Shown: in pieces, positions 52,770 through 64,000 of the stretch
How positions within the stretch are numbered: position 1 is the first letter of the stretch
Layout: each line of letters begins with the position of its first letter
Source: Felis catus
Lineage: Eukaryota
Direction: 5' to 3'
Length of the DNA: 64,000 nt
NCBI RefSeq assembly: GCF_018350175.1
Contig: NC_058368.1
Coordinates: forward strand, 155,126,001 to 155,190,000
Notes under the pieces: generated by a model
Seen by the model: the letters and a program-made list of their open reading frames with translations, nothing else
Database searches by the model: none
What the model was told of the DNA's origin: nothing
Made by a program: the position numbers and the translations under genes

Positions 52770-53190
52770 TTAGTGGATCCTACAGTGCTCTAACCAGATG
52801 TCCTTTTCAGGACTGACACACCCATTTCAGGCTGTTGGGAGTATCAGTATCAACTGTAGCACCCCTCACTGGGGACGGCCTTCAGCTGTAGGGAACTGCC
52901 CTGCCCAAGGTTACAGAGGTAACCCACAGCCAGGAACTGGCTTACTCAGAAGAACAAAACTACAGGCTCCTTTGCCTCAACTGGAGTCAACTCTAAAGAT
53001 CCATCTAGCCTCAGAGATCCCGCAATGATCATCTGAGGCCTCACTTGTAACCACACTACCATTAGCTTCTCGCTCTACCCACGACTACCTTGCTTGCTTC
53101 TTTACTTTTTTAAAGGTATCGCCCAAGACTGCTCTCCAATAAAACTTTGGCTCTCCCATCGCACAACCTGATTCCAGGAAACCCAATCTC
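52770..53190 (+). mobile_element. LTR16-like ERVL solo LTR
   Basis: ccagatgtccttttcaggactga…aactgccctgcccaaggttac…aataaa…ttccaggaaacccaa. Confidence 0.7.
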
Positions 53191-54799
53191 TCTCTGTCCA
53201 TGCTGTTGAAACAAGAATGTGGTTACTTACATAGTTCTCAGCTGAAATAAAGTTCTAGTTCAGAACACTATGAAACAGATGTGTTATCTCATGTTAACTT
53301 TTCCAAAATTCCTGAAGAAGGCAGGATTTTTTTGTCGCTCTCTCTACAAAAGACAGTGAAGAGTAGAGAGATAAAATGTCCAAGATCATACACCTGTAAT
53401 AGCAGATCCAAGACTCAAACCCTGACCTTCTCAATCTCACCCAGGGTCCTTCATCCTACACCACTTTGGAAAATTGGCCTGGTTTTAAGAAAACAACATG
53501 AACATCAAAATTGGCACACTTGGGTTTTCGTTTTCTACCAATTATTAACAAGGTGACTTTAAGCACATTACTTAACCTCTCAGGATTTCTCTAGGCAGCT
53601 CTGTGTCTATATAATGGACATAAGAATACTTCCTCGTAGCACTATTAAAAGATAAACTGAAACAGGGAAGGCACGGTTTCCTGTTCTCTCAGAGGAGTGA
53701 TGGCATGTAATTTCAAATAAGTTTAGAGTATTCCGATTGTAGAGAATTTGGAATATTTTCCTGATCATCTCAATGAAGCAACCTTTCCTTTTGATCATCT
53801 CCACTAAAGTGATTTCTTATTTTTCTGCAATTCCATACTCTGTTGTTTACACGGTTGACACAGTCTGTTGTATGTTTCTCTGGAAATCTATAGTCTGTAT
53901 GTTTCTTAGGAATCTAGGTATTTTGGGTAGTCAGAGGCCTCATTTTACAGTTACCGGCTTTAATTTTCCAATCAGTGGGTAAGGTCCTTGAAGGCCTGAA
54001 TAGTCTTAAAAATCTTTATATACCCCTCAGAGCCTACATCGGTAAGAGCCACACAGCAAATGCTACATTGATGTATATGGACTTTGTAGTATATGCCGAG
54101 TAAACAGATGCTTTGTTGGGCTCTGTCTGCTCTGGTACATAGTCACATGAAGGAGAGAAGATAACTCATCCACCTTGAGAACAGACTACTCTGGAAGACC
54201 CAAAAGAAGGGTAAGCAAAGGAATAAGTGAATTGAAACATACAACCTTCCCAATAAAAGAATGTAGACTTTTAGATGTCAGAGTCTACTTGTACCAACAA
54301 TCAACTAAATCACTCATTCTCAGGGATGAGAGTAAGGAGTACAGGGGGAAACAGGAAGTACTCCTCCAAAGCTGTTCATTCCTGCAAAACCTGGAAACAA
54401 GAGGGCCAGGAAAAGAGTTCTCCAATAGAACACACTTCCAAACATTAATCAGTCAAGCCAGAAATAAAGGCTTTTGCTGAGAAGGAGGATGGGGTGGAAA
54501 TGCTGCTGTAGGAAATGTGATAGGGAGTCAGCAAAAGAATTGTGAGCAGCCATAAAATTAGAAAGCATGACTCTGTACAGATCCAGTCAGAATAGTTTTG
54601 TGATTTTCTATAGCAACATTCAACGGCCCAGCTGTGTGATGAGAGAAATAATATAGTAAAGATGACCCTGGGTAGGGTAGAGAAATTCTCTTCCCTTGTT
54701 GATTCTTTGTGCATGTTCCTACATTTAAATATATATGACAAAGTGGCAACTAATTAGAAATATTAGCATATTGAATCATAAGTCTTATCGTCTAATCAG

Positions 54800-55020
54800 A
54801 GAGGTGTGCAGCAAAGCTCTTAAGAGAAAAAGCTCTACACACTAACAGCCCTAGGTTTGAATCTAGTCCCTACTCTAATTAGTAGTATGTCTTTGGGAAC
54901 ATTATTTAACCATACTGTATATATACAACAGTACATATCCTTTAAATTAATTGTGAGAACTAAATAAGCCAATACATAAAGATTTAACACAGTGCTCATA
55001 AGTACTGAATAAATGTTAAT
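54800..55020 (+). mobile_element. MIR
   Basis: cctaggtttgaatc…ttgtgagaactaaat…acagtgctcataagtactgaataaatg. Confidence 0.7.
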
Positions 55021-58000
55021 AATAAATGGGAAGGAAGAGAACTCAAAATTCCCAGGAATAAGCACTATTTGCTTTATAAATTATAAAAATTAAGGTTTGC
55101 AAAACTAGAACATACCACAATTTATAATTAAATACAATTGATTTGTTTATTGCTTGCTCCCCAACTAAACTATAGGCTCCATAAAGGCGGAGACCTTCTC
55201 TGTTTTGGCCAATCATTGCCTAAATACAGTACCCAGCACATAAGAAGAACTAATTAATCAGCTAATTAAAATGAGCATGGTATAAAGCTAGGGTAGTATC
55301 ACAGAAATACTTTATTAAGAACTTCACCTTGTATGTCCAGATCACTCTACAAGTCAACACTGATTAAAAAAATAAATAACATAAACAATGGATTCATTAA
55401 ACCTTCTTCTGAATTTCTACAGTTAGATGACTTCCCTTTCCCAAACAAAAGACAAGCTGCCATCTTGTTGTTACTATTAATCTTTCAATGGCTTCTCTCT
55501 CCTGGGAAAATTTCATCTTCCACTGGCCAGATTAAGGGAATGATAGCTTTCATAATGTGTGTATGCACACACGCTGGTTTGTGTTTTGTTGTGTATTCAC
55601 ATGTGTCTTTTCTCATCAGCATAACACTTGTCCATTGTCAACAGGAACAGTCCCCTTTTCCTATTTACATTTCCCCCCATTATCCCTAGTTATTATCCAT
55701 AATCACCACAGTGATTTCTCTCTACAATTCAACCTCTGTATCAGATTCTTGAATCCTCCTATAACTTTTACCAAACAGTATGATCAGTAACAGAAAAACT
55801 GTCCATCTTCCGCACTTTCCCCAAAATTGTGATTAGAGTATGCAGACAAATGTTTGGTTGAGTTATCACTTCTAAAGCCAAACCCCTAAAGCGTCTTTTA
55901 AAGTAAAAATTGTGAAGGGATACTGGATGTCAGGTAGGCAAAAGCAGCTGAGACAGGGACCTGCTACCTTCTTTGTTAACTGACATGGTTGGGCCAGAGT
56001 TTCAGCTTTTTGGGGCTCGTTTTTACTTTTTACATACATAAGAAACAATGAAAGCCTTCACATCTGCTTTTGTGAACTGTTGTTTACCAGAGAGAGCCTC
56101 TTTAACATTGGTTGACTATAAACAATACTTATTTATTTTCTTAAATTGTTCTTTCTAGTAAGTAACAGATCTTACCTAAAAATGGCTGAGGCAACCCTAA
56201 AGGTTTGTGATTCAGATGGTTTGTGATGACAATTGCCACCATCACCGGCCTCCCAGCACACAAGGAATCCTTCCCCTGGACCATCTTCAACAAGGGCTGG
56301 ATCTGCACAGCTTTGAGAATATTCAGCTGGTAGAATTTAGATCACATTTGTTGTGTGTGCCCCACTAATTTTCCTTCTGGCTTGTTTCTTGAATTTACCC
56401 TTTGGATGTATCTTAATCTACAGTGGCTTCTGTTTAGGAATTAAGTGTTATGAATTTCAAGGATAATATTAAAGAAGTCCTTTTCTAAAAATAAAGAAAT
56501 AATTTAAAAATAAAGAAAGTTTGAGAGTATGATTAAAGACATCCCATGGGCTGAAATAAAAATTTATTTATCTTAGTTTTGGCAAGTCTCCATTAATACA
56601 AAAGAAAAGTTATTTCCAAACCGTGGATTCATTTCACCTTTGGTCAATTATTTTTAAATATTTGTAAAAATTCACTCTGGGTGATTTAAACCAATACAGC
56701 CACATGAATAATGTGATTTGGCCATTGACTGAAAGCAAACAAAATCCACCACATCACTGGGGCACCACCAACATAAACGAGGGTGTTCTCCGGTGAAAGC
56801 TCTCTTACAGAATTAGGTGGATACACCCAATCTCATACAGTAATAGACCATTCAAAGAAGAGTTAATTCAAAGATAAAGAGTAAATACATATTCCTTAGA
56901 AAAAACAACTGCATACACAGAAAAAAAATTAGCATTAATATGCCAAACATAAACCACAACAATGAATAGTCAAATACTTGGAAAAAATTCAAGTGTGTGT
57001 TCTTTGGGGAGAGGGTGCTAATTCCCAAAAAGATTATGAAGGACTTGCCTAGCTCTTTTGTTTCTTGGAGAACAACCGTATACTTTAAGACTGAAGTTAT
57101 GATTCTGTCATTATTTCACATCTTTGCAATGCTTATTAATTATCACTTACTATGGATCCTCCCTTAAGTGAGTAGCTTTCTTGGAGACTACTGGAGTATT
57201 ATTAATTCAATTGGAGCAATAATTGACACAGTAGAACGCCGGTGGTCTCAACGATTTAAAGTGCCTTCTCAAGTGCTATGTGTGCAGACAAAGATTTTGT
57301 TTTTTGTTTTTGTTTTTGTTTTGCAATAAGCATTCTTGCAAAGTCTACTACGTACAAAGCACCATATTAGACATTTGGAGAGACATCCAGGAACATTACA
57401 TTTTCAAAGGGAAAATAAGAAATGAACACAAGTAACTTTAAAACAAGGCAGAATATAAACATGATATATTGGTGCTTTAAGAAAATGGACCATAGGAGGA
57501 AACAAGAAAGATGTACTCAGGTCCAGGGTAATTTGAAGGTTGGGGGTTGCCTTCAGCTGAAAAAGGGCTTATTTACTATTAGTCATCACTTTAAAGAGTT
57601 TCTTTTCTTGTAACAAAAATAAATGTATCATGGACATGATTAAATGATGAAACACAACCCAAACTCCACACACACAATTGGTGATAAACTCACTTACAGG
57701 TCCTCACCTCCCAACACAGCCTCCGATCTCGTATGCAGTAACCATCACTAGAGCCACACATGCACCCTCTGTTAAGGCCTGCATTTTGAATTTTTAGCAT
57801 ACTTTAAAAGTTTATTTTACCCAGGATTGTTTTAATCACACAAGATGTACGTGAAAAACTATTAAAGGTATATAAGGTATAATGCAATGTTGAAAATACT
57901 TGTAAAAATATTTTTTTCATCTTTTTTTCCCTTTTTCCTATAGAGCAGACATAACAGTTTGCAGAAGTTTTGCTTGTGCACAAGTCTTGAAGATAGGGTC

Positions 58001-60249
58001 TGAATTGAAAAAGATTAAATTTGAGAGAATCAATCGCCTAATACGCCAATAAAAACCAACAACTAAATTCCAACAAAGGTCCAACAGCCTTCTCCTGGTC
58101 TGTTCCTAAATGCTTAGTGTGCAGTTCTGACTGTAATCTAATAATTGCTTTTCTGATCCAAGTATCAATACTTAATGTTTATCACCAGAATGCCAAGTTA
58201 GATGGCCTGGCCTCCTCCTCCTAATAAGAAAAAATGACCTAAGCACTAGCCAGGCTTTGATGAAGCAGGGAGTGAACTGAAGGGAGCCTCCTTCCGCCAA
58301 CACAGCAGCAATGTGTTTTCTGTCTCGACTGAAGTTCCACAAATTTGTAATTTATTTGGAAGAATATGTTGCAGATAAGCAAAAAAAAGGCATCTGGAAA
58401 CCTTCTTGCCAAATGGTAACTTTCTGGAAGGTTCCTCATTTAGAAGTAATTTCTGGAAAATTTCTTGATTAATACAAATCCGTGAACAAACTTAAAAATG
58501 ACGGCTTTGTTATTGCTTTGGCACAATATGTTAACAACACTGCGAGTGCTGCCAAAACTCTGAGGGTTCTTTCATGCGGATTATGGTCTTGTTTACAGAT
58601 CCAGCTGTACTGCGGCCTTGTCCATGGTGGTAACCTAACAATGTTCCCAGTGGGGGTGCCCATTAGGGGAGGGGAGACTAACTGAAGTTTAGTTTGTTTA
58701 AATTGAGCAAGAATGCACAGCGGCACTCAGATCTTTGGGGAATGTGTTGGAAGCATACCCTTTCTGGGATCTGTTTTCGTTTATTTAAGGGGGATGTTTG
58801 CATTGCTCAAAAATTGCAATACACAAACTTGCCATACAAAATGCCTTCCAAATGTTTACTGTGGTCTATACAGAAGGGAGCAGAAAACACAAATAATACT
58901 GGATTGAAGTGAAATGCTACGTGAAAAAGGTAATTGCTAGCCTCTGAAATGTTCACTAAAAATCCAGACTACTTTCTGTGATATATATGTGTGTACACAT
59001 GCATAAAACATATATTCCAGAGGATGTCCATATGAACCGAACAGGAAAGGTAGACAAAGCACATCACTGAGGAATATGAATCTCAAACTGTCAGAAACTG
59101 GTTTCCACTAATAGACCTTTTCTGCCAATATTTTCCATTTATTGGTTTGCATAGATTTGTATGCACGAATCTTACTGGGATTTTATTTTACAGGTCCTCA
59201 TGACAAAATAATAATTGCTGTTTGCCCCCCAAAACAAATGTGAGAAACCAAAGAATTACACATTTTTCTCACCTTTGACAAAAATGTTAACAAGATTGTA
59301 GTTGCTGCATGTTATTACCAAAAAAAAAAAAAAGAGGAATATTAATTGCCTCTACATTAACTTTGTGACATTTATGAAGTCTATAAATGAAAATAATCTG
59401 CTCAGTAGAAGCTTTCGCTTTTTCTGCTTTCTGTCCTTCCTGGTAAGAGAGAATCAGGAATAGACCAGCGGGACCTCAGTCTGCTGGGCCCCTTAGCCTA
59501 ACTCTGGTACATAAAGGCTTCTCTAGTGCTTCCTCTCTGACACCCACCGAGAGGCCACCGCACTTCTATCATGTTAAAAATGTATCCAGCTTGAAGTTCA
59601 TCTCTCAGATATCATTTAGGTCAAAATAAAATGCTTCCTGGAAAACTCATGATTCACAGTTTTTAACCTGAATTCACTTTTGTCAAAGTAATTTTCATCA
59701 GAGGATTTATTTCATACTTTAATCAAAATGTAAAACTCCAGTGAATGTTTTTTTTTAAGCATGATTTCATTTCTCAAAAAAAAAAAAAAACAAATCTATT
59801 TTAGTATGTAATTTCACTAGATAGTATTATTCTGGGTATCAGTAGATCAATATTTTAATTTAACATACCATATTCTCTTGTTATTATGTAGAAATCTCAC
59901 TAAGATGTTAAGAGAAAAAAATATAAAGTTGCCCATTTCCATAAAATTGCACATTTACTCCTGTGCCTTCATATTTAGCATTGCCACATGCAAATGACAT
60001 ATAGTACCGCTCTGTCCATGACGATGTTCCCCACACTATTACCAAAGTTCAAGATCAGTGATGGAGGAGAGAGGGTCATTGGTTTACAGAGCCATCTTTA
60101 TTTTGCTTTTTAATGAATTTTACCCTTAGACTTTTATAAAAAAAATTGTCTTATATGTTAACATAGTTTTTGAATCAAAAGTAACTAATAAAGAGCAATA
60201 TAACAAAATATAAGGGCAAAGAACACAGCATCAGCCTACCTCGGCTTTT

Positions 60250-60445
60250 ATACCAACTTTTCAATTTTAGCAACCATGAACCTTTGGACAAGTTCCATGC
60301 CCTGTATGTGTTCAGTTTCCTCATCTATAAAAATGGACCTAATAATGGTAACTTTTCCTTTGGATTGTTTTGAGGATTAAATGGAATAATGCATATACAG
60401 CACTTCAACAAAGTGCCTGGGACATGGTAAACCGTCAATAAATGC
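60250..60445 (+). mobile_element. MIR
   Basis: tcagtttcctcatctataaaaatgg…gaggattaaatgg…agtgcctgggacatggtaa…tcaataaatg. Confidence 0.88.
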
Positions 60446-63400
60446 AAGATATAAAGCTAACACTGGAAGGATGGGCCATTAATTTTAGTGGAGTTAATTT
60501 CTAAACTATTTTTAGTATCTTCCATGTTTTGAAGCAGTTAATAGAGACCTTTTTAAAACTACCAAAGACCATGTCGACACAGTACTACTAAAAGTATTTC
60601 ATAATTGTTCTGACAATATCATACACCCAAATCTGGAAATATTTAGAAACTATTAAGGTTATGAAAGACAGACCTGACTGAACAACTTAGAAGCAAGCTT
60701 TTTAATATACTATTTTTCAAATTCCCTTAGGGATAATATTGTGAGGTTAAAACAAAACAAAGGATAGATTGTGACAGAGTCCTATGGACCTATAACTAAT
60801 ATTAATAAAGATAAGTTTAATACCCAACTATTTTCCAGAATATTATATTCAGTATATAATTGTTCTTTACTGTGAACTATTTTTTTACACTCAAAGTTTA
60901 GCATGTATCCTCTACTGACAGCTTAATTTTAAATACAATTACCAAATGTACTATATAAACCCCTTTTAAATAAGATTCTTGATATATACAAGACACTGCC
61001 AAATGTGTCCATGCTCTGAGTTTCCTCAAAATGGTGTCCGTAAGTCTCTAGTAAATTAGTACCCTGGATGCCCATTCTGTTTCTGGGCTGCAACCTCTCC
61101 ATATTTTTAATGCTACCTTTGTTGAGAGAAAGTCAATTTCCTAAACAGGCCAGGGGTGGGGAGAGATAGGGATGCTTCTCTGTGCATCTCAGGGTTACAT
61201 AGTTAAGCAGAAAATATTTCCTAATCCCATTCATTATTCTTATTTGCTCCCAAGGACACAGATGATATAGGGTATTAGGAAAACAAGTACCTTTCAAAAA
61301 CATTTTGAAGTTTATAACTTCATGACTGAAAAATAAAATCAATGTTTTTGTTTTCTAGAGATGAACTATGGAGTCTCTTTATTGACTCATTGAATTAAAC
61401 CCGTGTATGAGCCACACAAGATATTTTCAAGTACCTGTTAGATGTAGTCACATAATTCTTAAAATAATGCACTCTACTCTTGTCCAAATTAGCACGCCAC
61501 ATTTCCATATTTAGTGATGGGATCGATCAGACTGTGACATGTTCTGGTGGAAGCTGAGAAATTTGGGAGAGACAAGTTCCAGTAGCATGCATGAGAACTG
61601 CTGGGTATATACCTTCCCCCTGAAATTACAAGTTCACCTCTAACACTGTCAATAAATAACATTGCCAATAAAATTATGTACATGTTTATCAAAATCGGGC
61701 TTCTTTTTAATAATCCTTTCTCTATGCTATTCTTTCATTTTTATATTCTGAGTAGGGAAGTCTAGTCACTGAATCTTCAGGATTCAAAGTCATTTTGGAG
61801 GAAAAAAGAAAGTATTCTTCTTTACCATTGTAGTGAATCATTCGTAGCTAAAGGCGGCCTTTGTTCTCAGTCACCGGTTAGACTGCACTTTCATAGCCTA
61901 GTGCCTTCTACCAGAGCCCCTTGATATATTCACATAAATGATGGAAGATGCATGAGACGTGAAGGTGACATGTGCAGTCTCCAGGAGGAAACTGATGCCC
62001 CGGTTGCTCGCTAAGGAGCCATCCTGGCGTTAGCCGCAGATGCAGCCAGCCGGCTGCCCTCCCAGCTGGAAGGAAGGTGTTAAGCAGCAGCTGTCAGCAG
62101 AAAGAGATAGAAAAGGGGGTGAAGTGTCTCCAATTCACAGAAATAAAAATTGTTAATGAAAATCCCGAGCACTGTACCCTGATCGCCCCCTTCTTTGCAA
62201 GACTTCTGACTAACTTCCTTGAAACTTCTTTAGCCTTCTGGCTTATCAGTTTCAGGGCAATGCATTACTCAGCCACTGCCTGTGAAGTGAACCAGAACAA
62301 TGTGAGGTTAATTCACCTCTCCCAGCAATCATAAAAGTTTGTGCGTTCACAGATTCAACAATGAAATTGTTACTGATTAGTCCAAGTCAAAAATCTGCAC
62401 TTTCGTCATTTCAAAACGATTTAATTACCTTTTTCTAATGCAGTATATATGCTCCATTTGCCAAGACAAAAGAGCTATTATTCAACACGAAAAAAATATT
62501 GCTGTAGCAAGCACAGTAACTTTTAATGTTTTCACTGCTGAACTGTCAAAATGCGAACATTCCCACCCCCTGAAAAAATGAAAGTATGGAACTATAGTAT
62601 AACCTTCACTTTTATAGTAAGAGGTTTCCAGGTTTCGAGAATATGACAAAGAAAACATAGCAATTTCAGCCAGGTCATAATTTAGTATAAAATAAAACAA
62701 GACATTTAAACCCAAGGAGGAAAAAAAAATTCTGAGAGTGGTAGAACTATCAAACTATGTGTGCAATTTCCTTGTGCTCAAATTGCATTTTCTCCCTTCA
62801 GTGTTATATGGAGCAAGGTCTTGCCCTCTAGATTAGAGACTTTTGCATTAGAGGAAACTAGGTTATGTCTTCCACTGTCAGAGACAGAAATTATGAGCTG
62901 GAGTGCATTTTAGCCAGTCACTCTGAAAAATGTTAGCCCAAGGGGGTAATAATTAGAACTGTTTTTGTCAGGTGACTGCATTTTAAGCAGTGATGTGTCT
63001 GAGATTCTAGCTGAGGGGTTTAATATAAATATAAATATTTTTTTCAGTCAGCATTGCGGCTTTTTTTTTTTTTTGCTTTGCTTTTTATTTCAAAAGTAAG
63101 CACTTTTCAGGAATTATCAGCTAAAACGTCCTACAGTTTAGTATTACGGTGACCCAATAATATAATATAGCCAGCAGAAAATGATAGTCAAGCAGCCTGA
63201 GAAGTTAATGCACAAAACTATAAACTAACTCATTATGAGATCATCACGCATTTACAGACACAAATAACTAGTCTGTATACATTATGTCTAGGAATCTAAG
63301 CACAAGCGTATAACAATTTTGCTTCTAAATTATTATTTTATTTATTTCAGTAGTTACTTAATACAATTTAAGGTTGTAGCTCCCACAATCAAATTTAAAA

Positions 63401-64000
63401 AGTAAAAATGTAATTTATGGGCTTTCGCAATACTTCATGCTACTATGGCCCCTCTGGGGTCAAGGTCCCATAGTAGGGCGGGTAGCCTAAGAGTTTTGTT
63501 ATTATTTATTAAGTTGTCCAAATCTGAATATACCCCCTTTTGACAAGAATGGATCATTTTAATATTTGTTCCCATTACAAAAGCATTATGGAAAGATGGG
63601 GATGAATGGAAACAATCTCCTCTCCTTTAGCTTATAAAGTTTAATAAAGACTATCCTTTTGTTCTTACAATAACCCTATCTTTACAAATAAATGAATCAC
63701 TTTAGATTATGAGCCTCTCAGAACAGATCATGTTTTCTATAGGTCCTTAAAAATATCACATAGCCCTTTTCATAATAGCATAAATAATGAATACTTATAA
63801 AATAAAAGCTTTCTCTGGAAAATTAGCTTAAGTTATTTTATATCACATGAAACAATAAATGCAATAATTCAAAAGTAACTATTCTTCTTTAACTATGGAC
63901 AGACTGGGATTTTAAATATTATTTCTAAAAAAGGCTTACATGGAAAAATTGTGTTGTCATTTATTGTAACCAATTATGAGAATTACATCTTTCATAATAT

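Noticed and set aside
38170..56185. Other isolated minus-strand AG|GTAAG motifs (about 38175, 39115, 40140, 56172)
   Set aside because: Weak or absent pyrimidine tracts, or located inside repeats; expected by chance.
26180..59643. Six scattered TTCCWGGAA (STAT-type) motifs
   Set aside because: Dispersed over 33 kb, not clustered, and common in mammalian DNA.

Overview
AT-rich mammalian non-coding DNA from a felid (cat family), judged from tRNA-derived Can-SINEs of the SINEC_Fc type and felid/carnivore L1 3' ends. I find no supportable protein-coding gene, RNA gene, CpG island or CRISPR array. The listed ORFs are chance ORFs or run through SINEs, L1s or microsatellites. The window is a mosaic of 12 Can-SINEs (most with visible target-site duplications, TSDs), three short young L1 3' fragments, degraded ancestral L1s (including a ~4.4 kb L1MC-like copy with two nested SINEs), L2, MIR and CR1/L3 relics, MaLR/ERVL solo LTRs, Tigger/hAT DNA-transposon relics and microsatellites. 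Several transposon-poor blocks (about 13.6-16.3, 17.5-18.9 and 61.4-63.3 kb) look like possible regulatory DNA. Repeat family names come from remembered consensus sequences, and boundaries of old repeats are approximate. I cannot support a novel biological system here. The best leads are a minus-strand 17-nt microexon or recursive-splice-like motif, an L1 truncation point at the edge of a G-quadruplex, a near-intact young SINE, a close inverted SINE pair, and candidate enhancer blocks.
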